Source of the DNA: Promethearchaeota archaeon
GTDB lineage: Archaea > Asgardarchaeota > Lokiarchaeia > Sigyniarchaeales > SOKP01
Direction: 5' to 3'
Assembly (NCBI GenBank): GCA_016839745.1
Contig: JAEOTS010000006.1
Location: 1 to 32,531 of the forward strand
DNA: 32,531 bases
Shown here: in pieces, positions 16,339-26,071 of the stretch
Numbering within the stretch: position 1 is the first letter of the stretch
How the letters are laid out: each line of letters begins with the position of its first letter
Notes under the pieces: generated by a model
Told to the model about the DNA's origin: nothing
What the model saw: the letters and a program-made list of their open reading frames with translations, nothing else
Databases searched by the model: none
Made by a program: the position numbers and the translations under genes

Positions 16339-16974
16339 CTATTTTTTCTTTAATCCAATTAAGTAGATTTCATTACTCTTTTTATTTGATGATTTTGGTT
16401 TTAAACTCTTAACAACCATAAAACTACGCTTCATTTTCGTATAGAAATTTTCAAAATCAACCCCTTGAAATATTTTTATAACGAAATTTCCTTTGAATTT
16501 GAGGAATTTTGTAAGCTCAAGAATATTAAAGCAAAGTTTAGTTTGTCTTGCTTGATCACTAAATTTGTTTCCTGATTTGTTAATACTTGCATCAGATAGA
16601 ATGAGGTCAAGCTTTTCTTCTTCGAAATATTTACTTACTTCAATAAGAAACTCAGGCGTAGTAAAATCCATTTTAATGATCTTTATACCTTCAAGGGGGG
16701 ATAATTTCTTGGTATCTACGCCCATAATTTTATAGTGATCTCGGTGATAATATTTATCGAAATATCTAGTTAAATTTAATTCAGCATATTTTTTAGCTAT
16801 CTGTAACCACGACCCAGGGGCGCTACCTAAATCTAATATATAATACGCTCTTTTAAAAATATTGTACCTATTTTGAATATCTTGTAATTTAAAAGCCGAA
16901 CGGGCTCTATATCCTTCGCGCTTAGCTTGCTTATAGGCGGCATCTTTTCTGTGTTCTTCTGCATCTTTTGGCAT
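16339..16974 (-). CDS. rlmE: 23S rRNA Um2552 2'-O-methyltransferase RlmE/FtsJ
   Basis: AKREGYRARSAFKL, LDLGSAPGSWLQ, ILSDA, FVIKIFQG and KPKSS..SNEIY. Confidence 0.95.
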   Translation of the reverse strand: MPKDAEEHRKDAAYKQAKREGYRARSAFKLQDIQNRYNIFKRAYYILDLGSAPGSWLQIAKKYAELNLTRYFDKYYHRDHYKIMGVDTKKLSPLEGIKIIKMDFTTPEFLIEVSKYFEEEKLDLILSDASINKSGNKFSDQARQTKLCFNILELTKFLKFKGNFVIKIFQGVDFENFYTKMKRSFMVVKSLKPKSSNKKSNEIYLIGLKKK

Positions 16975-16984
16975 GGTTTTTATA

Positions 16985-18214
16985 CTAATTTAATTTTTCA
17001 TTTTGTCTTAGAACTTTTTTTAATTCGTCAATTTTCATGTCTGATTTAATCGAGATAAAATCGAAGTGAGTCCTTGAGGCTTTATAACCTTTCTCTTCAA
17101 TTATTTTAATTATGTCTTCTAGTTTAGGGATTGATGACAGTTTTAATTGCTGAGATATTTTATGAATGTTATAATATGAAATAGGCATATTTATTTCATT
17201 AAGTGCGAATTTAAGGATCTTTCTTATTCTATTTTTATTTTTAAAATGAAATTTCTCATTTAAAAGATTTAGTTCTTCTAAATATGATTTTTGATGCAAC
17301 TCACCAACCCATAAAGGTCCAGAATATGATAAATGTTTTTCGCTTAAGCATATAGGGCATTTTTGAGGAACTTTTAAGAGATTCTCAATAACAGATGAAC
17401 GATTCCCACAAGATTTACAATGAATAATATACCCATAACTTTTTGGTAAATCCTTCGAAATCTTTGACTTCCCCCTGAAAGTAATAGTAAAAATTCTTAT
17501 AAAATGGTTAGAATAGAAAGTTAAAAGCGGTATTATGCCTAAATTGTTTATATTGGCGATTCTTGAAATAAAAGACAGTAATATTCGCGCCCCAATTTCC
17601 TTACAATAATCAGTGTGAAGCGGTTTGGCCATATATTTTCTAATACAAACCTTTGGTTTAACTCCAAATAACACTGCTGTGTCTGTTGCTGTTATACATA
17701 ACAATCCTTTATCTTTCTTAATTGCTTTAAAGGCAGAATCAATATAGAGGTTGGGAGTGCCAAAAGGATCAATTGAAATAACATCGGGTAAAGCAGAACT
17801 TCGAGAGATTTCTGAAAACAATAGGTTGGCGTCTTTATTTAACACTTCCGCCTGGTTAGATTCAATTTCATTTAATTCTAAATTGTTTTTAATTAACTCA
17901 ACTGCAATGGGATTTATGTCGTTTAAATATATTTTTTCAACAGTTTTTGTATTTTTTAACAATCGTATTGAACCTATACCCGAAGCCGCCATTGAATCTA
18001 CTACTACTAACGATCCTTGACTTACGATGTTACTATACGCTATAACAGCTAGGATTGATATATCTCTGTTTAGCTCCATTCTTTTGTTATAAAAAACATT
18101 CATAGATTTAGAGGGGATAGTACCGTTATCTAGCTCGTGTAATAAGAATTTCACAGAACCTTCTTGCTTAGTAATGTACTTGTTTTTACCAAAATCTTGA
18201 TTTTCAGTTTTCAT
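16985..18214 (-). CDS. trm1: tRNA (guanine26-N2)-dimethyltransferase Trm1
   Basis: VFYNKRMELNRD, DSMAASGIGSIR, NDINP, IDPFGTP, ITATD, Zn finger, GPLWVG and SRTHF. Confidence 0.95.
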   Translation of the reverse strand: MKTENQDFGKNKYITKQEGSVKFLLHELDNGTIPSKSMNVFYNKRMELNRDISILAVIAYSNIVSQGSLVVVDSMAASGIGSIRLLKNTKTVEKIYLNDINPIAVELIKNNLELNEIESNQAEVLNKDANLLFSEISRSSALPDVISIDPFGTPNLYIDSAFKAIKKDKGLLCITATDTAVLFGVKPKVCIRKYMAKPLHTDYCKEIGARILLSFISRIANINNLGIIPLLTFYSNHFIRIFTITFRGKSKISKDLPKSYGYIIHCKSCGNRSSVIENLLKVPQKCPICLSEKHLSYSGPLWVGELHQKSYLEELNLLNEKFHFKNKNRIRKILKFALNEINMPISYYNIHKISQQLKLSSIPKLEDIIKIIEEKGYKASRTHFDFISIKSDMKIDELKKVLRQNEKLN

Positions 18215-18241
18215 ATTATCTTATACTTATTAACTAATTAA

Positions 18242-19237
18242 TTAGTTTGTTGAGAAAAAGAGGTTTACTGGCTTTTCGCTGCCTAACAAACCGCCAGAAG
18301 TTCTCGTATGAATCTCATTAACATTACTTACAGTTAAAGGTTCAATATGATCCATTTTTTTAACTTCATCTGTGTTTTCGGGGCTGCCAATAATTAAAAA
18401 AACTCCTTTTAAAGTTTTAATGATAAATGCCAAAGGAAGCCATTCATAATATATGCGTATTTTAGCTTTTGGTGAAGGAAAATATGAATATATCCCACCA
18501 TAAGTTATTATTGCATGCAAATCCCCAACAAAACTTCCGCTATAGCGATCTTTAAAATTTTGATTAATTAACGCTTGTTCGTAAGCTTTACATCTATCGG
18601 ACCACTTTGTTGAATCTCCTCCAACGCATCTTATACCTCCTTCCGCATTATTAGGTAATTTTTTTAATTCTTGATAAATATAATGATAAAAAGTCATACT
18701 ATATGGGGATGTATCCAGAATGAATTCTGCAACTTTACCATTAAGAGCTAAAACTAGGTTAGTATAAATCCCATAGAGAACATAAAAGCTACAAATAATA
18801 GTTCCCTTCTCATTGTATATTCCCACTATAGTCCCTACGGTTCTATTAACTATAACGTTAGATGAACCGTCTACGGGATCTATTGTAATTCCAAACTTCC
18901 CACTACCTAGAACAGGTTCAGCTTCTTCAGAAGCAACAAATAGAAAACTGACTTCCTTTTCTTTAAGTGCTTTTAGGATAATGCTATGAGTTAATACATC
19001 CTCATGAATTTGTGATTCCCCATAAAGATTGATAGTCTGCTTTTCTACATTTTCAATTTCCATTCTTTGTTCGATTTCGCGCGAAGTGATTCCCCTTTCT
19101 AACAAACCCCTTATGGGAATCGTTGCTTCAGCAATTGTTTCAATGATCTCAATTAACTCATCTCTATCTGAAAACGATTGTGGAATATCATTATCCAACC
19201 ATTTTGATAATTTTATTTTTTCTTTTCTCTCGCTCAT
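18242..19237 (-). CDS. fbp: Fructose-1,6-bisphosphatase class I-like
   Basis: NLYGESQ..ED, ASEE, IDPVDGSSN, VGTIVGIY, RYSGSFVGDLH and KIRIYYE..PLAF. Confidence 0.82.
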   Translation of the reverse strand: MSERKEKIKLSKWLDNDIPQSFSDRDELIEIIETIAEATIPIRGLLERGITSREIEQRMEIENVEKQTINLYGESQIHEDVLTHSIILKALKEKEVSFLFVASEEAEPVLGSGKFGITIDPVDGSSNVIVNRTVGTIVGIYNEKGTIICSFYVLYGIYTNLVLALNGKVAEFILDTSPYSMTFYHYIYQELKKLPNNAEGGIRCVGGDSTKWSDRCKAYEQALINQNFKDRYSGSFVGDLHAIITYGGIYSYFPSPKAKIRIYYEWLPLAFIIKTLKGVFLIIGSPENTDEVKKMDHIEPLTVSNVNEIHTRTSGGLLGSEKPVNLFFSTN

Positions 19238-19318
19238 TAAAACGACTCATTTGGTGTTTCTAAATTTTAGTTCTCGAATTAAAGTAATGAGCTATAATTC
19301 ATAATCTTTTATATTTTT

Positions 19319-20011
19319 TTATTCAAAACCGCGTTTGGTTAACTTGGAATTTAGCAGAAATGAGATATTATCATTTCCTCTATGTAAAATAAACTTTCGG
19401 TTGTTTGCTGCATCTGTTCGTTCGATTTTGATAGAATTTGTCACCCAATATTGCATTACATTACCACCGCTTTCCACTTCGAAAGTTTGTCCTTCTTGAG
19501 TTCTTCTACTAATTTCATTTACAATCAAGATACCAATCTCATATTTTTGTTTTAAATTAACCAAATTAGCTAACAATTGATTTAGTCTATAATTCAGAAT
19601 AAAGTTTTTTCCTTTTTTCTCACTATTTAATTCTAATCGATATAAATCTGTCATTGAATCTATAACTATTAAATTAAATGTCCCTTTCTTAGTTTTTAAA
19701 TCATCTAGAACGACAAATTCCAAATTAAAAACAAAATTGAATATATCGTCAAAATTCGTGGTATGAATAAATAGAATATTTTCTATAACATCCTCTAAAT
19801 TGCTTTCAAACACAGTACTAATTTTTTTGAATGGAAGATTTGGTTTTGTGTATATGTAAAGTACTTTTTTTTTGTTTAACGCATAAATATTAGCTGTTTG
19901 AAGTGATAATGTAGTTTTCCCAACACCAAAGTCACCCCATAATGAAGTGATTCCCTCTTTAGCATCAGTAGATTTAAAGAACTCATTTACTTTAGTTAGG
20001 GGAAATTGCAT
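19319..20011 (-). CDS. RadB-like RecA-family ATPase
   Basis: Walker A WGDFGVGKTT, LIVIDSMTDLYR, ILIVNE and SGGNVMQYW. Confidence 0.8.
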   Translation of the reverse strand: MQFPLTKVNEFFKSTDAKEGITSLWGDFGVGKTTLSLQTANIYALNKKKVLYIYTKPNLPFKKISTVFESNLEDVIENILFIHTTNFDDIFNFVFNLEFVVLDDLKTKKGTFNLIVIDSMTDLYRLELNSEKKGKNFILNYRLNQLLANLVNLKQKYEIGILIVNEISRRTQEGQTFEVESGGNVMQYWVTNSIKIERTDAANNRKFILHRGNDNISFLLNSKLTKRGFE

Positions 20012-20053
20012 AATTATAAATTTTTAATTGTTTATTTGATTTATATAATTAAT

Positions 20054-20917
20054 TTGAGAAATCAACCTTTATATATCTTAACAGAGGATTTGAATTTCTT
20101 CTATATGCTAAAGAACGAACTAGATAAGCATAATATTGAATTTCAGATTTTAAATTTAGATGCAAAAATTCCTAGTATATCTTCTATAATTCTTACAACC
20201 TCCGAAGATATAGATAAGCTAAAAGTAAGAAATCATAATAATTACCTTGTATATTCAAAAAAGGATGATTTTGAGAAGTATTTAATCACGGTAATTGCGG
20301 CCTACAGACTTAGTTATAAAAAAAATTATTCTACATTGACTTTTTCTATAGATCCAGGTAAAAAATTAGGTTTGATGATTTTTTTAGATGATTATTATTT
20401 AGATTCTTATTGCTGTTTTGAGAAAATTGAATTACTTAATATAATAAACAAGTATGTAGAAACATTTCAGGAAGATAATCCAAAATTGATGTATCTAAAT
20501 TTTAAATTAGGTCGAGGTGTTCTTACTATTACATTTGATTTAGTTAAACAACTTTATAGCATTTTCCAAAGTAGAAAAAATCTAAAAGTTTTTTTGATTG
20601 ATGAATTCAGGTCGTCAAAAATTAGATTCTCAAGGGAGAAAACAGGTCGAAAATTTTCAAAAGATGAAATTTCTGCTTTAATTTTAGCATTTAGAAATGG
20701 AATAGTAGTTAACCAAGATAATTATGGAAATATATTTGAGAAAATTAAACGCAAAAAGTTAAATATTGGTAATGTAAATACATTGAAAACTGAAAATCAT
20801 GAGGAATCTTTATTGCGGTTAAAGGATGTGGTAGAGAAGGTGTTATATGGAGAGTTAACTCTCAGTAGAGCAATGAAAATGTTAAACAATAATACATCAA
20901 AATTTGATAAAATTTAA
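20054..20917 (+). CDS. Protein with an RNase H-like YqgF/RuvX-type domain
   Basis: FSIDPGKKLG, FKLGRG, FLIDEFRSS and DEISALILA. Start moved to the in-frame TTG at 20054 because the track start overlaps the divergent gene. Confidence 0.65.
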   Translation: MRNQPLYILTEDLNFFYMLKNELDKHNIEFQILNLDAKIPSISSIILTTSEDIDKLKVRNHNNYLVYSKKDDFEKYLITVIAAYRLSYKKNYSTLTFSIDPGKKLGLMIFLDDYYLDSYCCFEKIELLNIINKYVETFQEDNPKLMYLNFKLGRGVLTITFDLVKQLYSIFQSRKNLKVFLIDEFRSSKIRFSREKTGRKFSKDEISALILAFRNGIVVNQDNYGNIFEKIKRKKLNIGNVNTLKTENHEESLLRLKDVVEKVLYGELTLSRAMKMLNNNTSKFDKI

Positions 20918-21041
20918 CTTTTTTAGAAATTTATAGTAATGAGAGTGATCGAAAGCTTCAGAATTGATCACAAAAATGTAAAAAAAATTTTTTGATGGGA
21001 ATGATTCTTTAATTCTCATTTTTTAGGGAATATTTGTAATT

Positions 21042-22139
21042 ATGAAAAGGATTAAAAGCATTGATATCCTTCGAGGTCTCTGTATATTCTATATGACTTT
21101 TGGACATCTGGTTAGCTGGTGGATCTCCCAAACAGATTTCTGGTTATATGAAATAATATGGAATTATGGGGCTCCAATAGGAGGTGGTGGATTTTTACTT
21201 GTTTCGGGTATGAGCGCCTCATTGTCGTACAAAAGAAATAAGCTTAAAGCTCAAAATTCTCAAGTATTTAAAATGAGTAGAGCCAGGAATATTTATATGT
21301 TGAGAACTTTGATTATATTTCTAATCTCTACTTCATGGAATTTTATGGGTACGCTTTTTATGGGCCTCTCAGGGGTTTGGTTATGGTTTGTTTTACAAAC
21401 AATTTCAATCTCCTTATTTATGGCTTGGCCATTTTTAAAGACCTCTAGAATATTTAGAATATTTATTTGTTTCGTATTCTGGATTAGTAACGAATTTATT
21501 TTATATTGGTTAACTCCTTATAGTAATGAACAAAACATACTTGGATATCTATTCTATTTTCTTTACAATAGCCCTGATCAAAACGTTATTTTGGGCTACT
21601 TTCCGTTCCTCCTCTTAGGAACTGTATTAGGTGATTTATTTTTTGAGTTAGGCAATTTAGAAGATTTAAAAGAAAAACACGCTTTTGTTAAGAGGAAAGT
21701 CCTCATACCAAGTGGGATTTATGGAAGTCTTCTGATAACATTTGGTCTTTTGTATAAATTTCCGGATTTTTCAAATAAGACAACATTTTCTTCTCATATG
21801 TTTATTATCGGAATAGAACTCATTTTATTAGCTTTTTTAGTCTATTTTAAAGATTTTAGAGTATCGAATCCACGAAAGAGATTTAAATTCTTTGAGATTT
21901 ATTCATTTTATTCATTTACTATCTTTCTTTCTCATCATCTCCTCTACTTCCTATTTCAACCAATTTTTAATATAATTGAGATATGGTTTTTTATAATACC
22001 CACAATGATAATATGGACATTTTTCTTTCGATTTATTTATAATAAATGGGGAAAATACGCTTCGATAAAATTTTTAATCAACAAGGTTGCTGTTCATATA
22101 GCAGAAAGAACAGATTCAGTCAAAATTGTGAAATCATAA
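21042..22139 (+). CDS. Heparan-alpha-glucosaminide N-acetyltransferase-like (DUF1624) membrane acyltransferase, paralog 1
   Basis: RIKSIDILRGLCI...GH, FLLVSGMSA; ~10 TMs. Confidence 0.85.
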   Translation: MKRIKSIDILRGLCIFYMTFGHLVSWWISQTDFWLYEIIWNYGAPIGGGGFLLVSGMSASLSYKRNKLKAQNSQVFKMSRARNIYMLRTLIIFLISTSWNFMGTLFMGLSGVWLWFVLQTISISLFMAWPFLKTSRIFRIFICFVFWISNEFILYWLTPYSNEQNILGYLFYFLYNSPDQNVILGYFPFLLLGTVLGDLFFELGNLEDLKEKHAFVKRKVLIPSGIYGSLLITFGLLYKFPDFSNKTTFSSHMFIIGIELILLAFLVYFKDFRVSNPRKRFKFFEIYSFYSFTIFLSHHLLYFLFQPIFNIIEIWFFIIPTMIIWTFFFRFIYNKWGKYASIKFLINKVAVHIAERTDSVKIVKS

Positions 22140-22292
22140 CATTATAATTTTTTAATCTTAGTTTTCTAAATCTAGAACCTTCTAAATTTCTGAAATAAAC
22201 CCTTACTAGGCAAATTTAAATTAAAATTTTATATTAAATGTTGAATTTATTAATTTTAATCCTAAACCCTAAGTATTAAATAAGGGGACATA

Positions 22293-23414
22293 ATGCCGAG
22301 ACTTAAAAGTATTGATATTTTTCGCGGGTTATGCATGAGTTGGATGTTTCTCGGTCATTTAATAGAGTGGTGGATTAAAGAAGAATTTTTTTGGCTAAAA
22401 AGTTTATCTTTTAGTGTTTTTGACCCAATTGGAGCTTCAGGTTTCTTATTTATCTCTGGCGTAAGCATAGCATTGTCGTATCGAAACCGGATATATAGAG
22501 TTGAAATATTAAAAGAGATGAGTTATTCAAGAGTAAAAGCCTCTTATTATCTTCGAGCTTTTTTTCTATTAATAATAGCGATAATTTATAACTTAGCTAT
22601 TGCTTTTACAATAAATAATTTATCGTGGATTTGGACTTGGTTTGTCTTAATGACTGCTGCTTTTTCATTACTAATAACTTGGCCTTTATTAAAGTTTTCA
22701 AAGAAGACTAGAATTGTGGTTGGTTTTTCTATCTGGTTTGTTAGCCAATTTATATATTTTATTTTTGTTCCATTTCAAAGTCAAGAAAATCTTCAGGGTA
22801 TATTATACCACATATTATATAACGACTATAGTCTGGATCCTCTTGTATTATTTTTTCCTTTCTTTCTTTTTGGAACTGTTATTGGAGATATTATAAATGA
22901 TATATATAATAAAAAAAACATAGAAATGAGGAGGAAGGAGATTAAGGAAAAGATGTTAATCCCTATAGGCGTCATAAGTTTAATATTGATTTCCGTTGGA
23001 ATAATATTCTATTTTCCAAATTTTCTTGTTAGGAGTAGTTTTTCTTGGTTAATATATACTTTAGGTATTAATTTGATGGCACTACTGATTCTAATAACTT
23101 TAGAAGAATATAATGTATTTAAGACTAAGAAAAATTATCGCGTTTTTTTTTACTTCTCGTACTATTCCTTTACAGTTTATTTAGGGCATAATTTCTTATA
23201 TTTTATTTTTTACGAAAGCTTAGACCTAATTCAAATTTGGATTGCCTCATTATTAACTTTCGTTGTATTTAGCTTGATTCTAAGGCAAATCTATAAAAAA
23301 TGGGGCTGGAAAGCTTCGTTAAAATCTATATTAGGCAAATTGAGTTTTAATTCAGCAAGCAAAATTGAAGAAAAAATAACTGAAATGAGAGAGAAAAGAA
23401 GAAACTCACCCTGA
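22293..23414 (+). CDS. Heparan-alpha-glucosaminide N-acetyltransferase-like (DUF1624) membrane acyltransferase, paralog 2
   Basis: RLKSIDIFRGLCM...GH, FLFISGVSI. Collinear with the upstream paralog (FPF.L.GTV.GD, SYYSFTVYL.H). Confidence 0.85.
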   Translation: MPRLKSIDIFRGLCMSWMFLGHLIEWWIKEEFFWLKSLSFSVFDPIGASGFLFISGVSIALSYRNRIYRVEILKEMSYSRVKASYYLRAFFLLIIAIIYNLAIAFTINNLSWIWTWFVLMTAAFSLLITWPLLKFSKKTRIVVGFSIWFVSQFIYFIFVPFQSQENLQGILYHILYNDYSLDPLVLFFPFFLFGTVIGDIINDIYNKKNIEMRRKEIKEKMLIPIGVISLILISVGIIFYFPNFLVRSSFSWLIYTLGINLMALLILITLEEYNVFKTKKNYRVFFYFSYYSFTVYLGHNFLYFIFYESLDLIQIWIASLLTFVVFSLILRQIYKKWGWKASLKSILGKLSFNSASKIEEKITEMREKRRNSP

Positions 23415-23415
23415 T

Positions 23416-23925
23416 CTATACCGTGGTAAGACTACACCTTAATTCTAACGGATAACTTTCAAATTTATTAAAAGGATAATTTAAAGTTACATAATTCCTG
23501 AATATATAATTCACAGCTTTTATATATCTACCATCAATTCCAACAGCAACAGCTCTGTCTTTATTAAACAAAAATAATACATCAACTATATCTCCAGTTG
23601 GGCTTTCAATCAGCACTAGATTATGAATATATGTATCCTCAAAAAAACTGAAAATTAATCTAATTAATGTTGGTTCTTCATGGATTATTAAAATTTTTTT
23701 ACTTTTCATTAAAGATCGCAATTTTCTAGAATACAATTTTGCTGCAAAGTGATCTTCTGACTTTACAAAAAAGAAAATAAATTCATTCATTCGAATTACA
23801 CATACGGGAAAAATATTTGTGATCTCATAGAAGAATTTTACAAGTTTTAGTTCGGTATTAAAGAATTGTTTTTTAATATTTATGATTTGACTAAAAAACA
23901 GATGATTAACCTTAGAATTAGACAT
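23416..23925 (-). CDS. Divergent archaeal NusA-like KH-domain protein
   Basis: IFFFVK..KLRSLMKSKKILII..LIFSFF, then DRAVAVGIDGRYIKAV, which resembles the AIGxxGxNI motif of the second KH domain. Confidence 0.55.
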   Translation of the reverse strand: MSNSKVNHLFFSQIINIKKQFFNTELKLVKFFYEITNIFPVCVIRMNEFIFFFVKSEDHFAAKLYSRKLRSLMKSKKILIIHEEPTLIRLIFSFFEDTYIHNLVLIESPTGDIVDVLFLFNKDRAVAVGIDGRYIKAVNYIFRNYVTLNYPFNKFESYPLELRCSLTTV

Positions 23926-24041
23926 ATTTAATTAATTTCTTACTTAAAGAATTTAAAATTCATGTTTTTTTAAATCAATAAAAATAATTTTTAGTATATC
24001 TTATTATAACTATAGTAATTTTATAATTCAAAGTTAAATCC

Positions 24042-24836
24042 ATGAAAGAACGATTAGATGTCCTATTAGTTGAGCGAAGACTTGTGGAAAGTAGAGTGAA
24101 AGCGCAATGGTTAATAAAAAATGGTTATGTATTTGTAAACGATAGGAGTATCGTAAAACCTGGAAAGAAGATCGAAAATACTGCAAGTATTAGTCTAACA
24201 CAAAAATTTCCTTATGTTGGGAGAGGAGGGCTTAAATTGGAAGCAGCCCTAAAAAATTTTTCACTAATTGTTAAGGACAAAATATGTGTTGACATTGGAG
24301 CCTCAGTCGGGGGTTTTACTGATTGTTTATTACAAAAAGGAGCAGAAAAAGTTTATGCTGTTGATACTGCAAAAGATCTACTTCACCCTTCTTTAAAGTG
24401 TAAAACAGATAAGGTAAAAATACTTGCGGGGATTGATGCTCGGACTTTTAAAAATTTAGGTGAATCTGTAGACATTGTAGTAATTGATATAACATTTGCT
24501 TCTTTAAAGGAAGTTTTACCTAATATCAAGTATTATCTAAAAAAGAATGGTAATGCTATCGTTCTTGTGAAACCTTTATTTGAAAAGAGCTTTAAAAAAG
24601 CTGAGAAATTGCAAATCATTACGGAAAAGCATGAGCTTATTAAAATTCTCAACGGTTTATCTTATTGGGCTTTAACAAATGGTTTTGTTCCTAAAAATGT
24701 TGTAAGATCTCCCTTGGAAGGAAAAGGAGGATCAATTGAATTTTTTTTTCATTTGGTGATTAATAACAATTATGTTATTCAAGAGGCAAAAAGAAACATT
24801 GAAAAAACTATTATTTCGCTTTTTCAGGATAACTAA
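24042..24836 (+). CDS. tlyA: TlyA-family S4-domain rRNA 2'-O-methyltransferase
   Basis: KERLDVLLVER, YVGRGGLKLEAAL, DIGASVGGFTDCLLQKGA, LVKPLFE and SPLEGKGGSIEF. Confidence 0.92.
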   Translation: MKERLDVLLVERRLVESRVKAQWLIKNGYVFVNDRSIVKPGKKIENTASISLTQKFPYVGRGGLKLEAALKNFSLIVKDKICVDIGASVGGFTDCLLQKGAEKVYAVDTAKDLLHPSLKCKTDKVKILAGIDARTFKNLGESVDIVVIDITFASLKEVLPNIKYYLKKNGNAIVLVKPLFEKSFKKAEKLQIITEKHELIKILNGLSYWALTNGFVPKNVVRSPLEGKGGSIEFFFHLVINNNYVIQEAKRNIEKTIISLFQDN

Positions 24837-25935
24837 GAAATTTTTTACCCCATTTTGTTTTGTTAAATTCTTTTATTCTTTTCTTTCCAATTGTAGGATA
24901 CCAAAACATATCATGGTAGACAAGAGAAGCTAAAATCGGGAAAGTCATAAATATTTTATTTCTCATCAGTGGATTTAGAAATTTTAAACTACCCTTTCTT
25001 ACCATTTGATCTCCCCAGATAACTAAGCTTCGTTTTACTTTAAAGTTCCAGTTGATAGAGGATACATCTTCTCCAATAATTTCTAATTGATCGAAGTCTC
25101 CACACCCTAATCCCTCATCATGAGCAAGTTTTATGGCAGGCAATTTCAAGGGATCAAAACCCAACATTCGAGAAACTACCACATCTACTGCTACTTGATC
25201 ATAGCCTGCAAGAAGATAATTTTTAATTCGAGGAATCATTGTACGAGGTCCTGATCCGTCGCCACATACAGTGCCATCTACTATTGCCAAGATGTTGGGA
25301 TGGATTTGTTTTTGAACAATCAGAAGATCTACTAACACTTCTGACATAAATTGGTGGCTATAATGACGACGTTTCGTAAGTAAGCCACCAAAGGCATTTT
25401 TCATCGCACTTGTGATAGTCGTATGCCCGTGTGTTTTCATAGTGGGTAAATGTATTATTGATTTTCCCATATAAAATCCAGGAATGAAGAAACCCTTAGG
25501 AAATACTTGTTTATCAAGAACATGTAGCTCTTTATTTTTAAATCTTAGAAATTTTGATCTAAGAGATTCATACGGAACAAAAGGGATTCTAGTCAAGGGT
25601 ACAAACCAAACACCATATTTTTCAATGATAGATCCCCATCGATTCCCTTTAATTCCTCTTTCAATGTTAGTAACAACTGTTTCGTTTTCCGCAGTAAAGA
25701 TTTTTCTAGGATCGTATCCATCCTCGATCATTGTCTTTAAAACGCCTTCTACTTGCCAAGGAGGGCTAGAGCACGAAGGGAAGAATTTAGACCAGCTTAA
25801 ATTTAATTTTAGGATATTATTCGAATTTTTATCATATACTTTCTCATATTGAGCTAAATGCATTAATTTACTATAATCCTCTAAAACTGTTTTAGGAGAT
25901 GTTTTTACCACAAAAATCTGGGTTGTATTAGACAT
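24811..25935 (-). CDS. DUF362 family protein
   Basis: LKLNLSW, IHLPTMKTHGHTTITSAMKNAFGG, AIVDGT..G.GP and DQVAVD. Confidence 0.85.
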   Translation of the reverse strand: MSNTTQIFVVKTSPKTVLEDYSKLMHLAQYEKVYDKNSNNILKLNLSWSKFFPSCSSPPWQVEGVLKTMIEDGYDPRKIFTAENETVVTNIERGIKGNRWGSIIEKYGVWFVPLTRIPFVPYESLRSKFLRFKNKELHVLDKQVFPKGFFIPGFYMGKSIIHLPTMKTHGHTTITSAMKNAFGGLLTKRRHYSHQFMSEVLVDLLIVQKQIHPNILAIVDGTVCGDGSGPRTMIPRIKNYLLAGYDQVAVDVVVSRMLGFDPLKLPAIKLAHDEGLGCGDFDQLEIIGEDVSSINWNFKVKRSLVIWGDQMVRKGSLKFLNPLMRNKIFMTFPILASLVYHDMFWYPTIGKKRIKEFNKTKWGKKFLSYPEKAK

Positions 25936-26071
25936 GATTAGTTACTAAAAAGATGGATATTTTATTTTTTTTACGCAAATTCTGAATTTAGAAATTAAAT
26001 AATTCTGGTAATAATGAAAATAGAAAAAATAGAAAAAGATTTGTTGTTTTTTACTAACTGAAAATGTCTAA

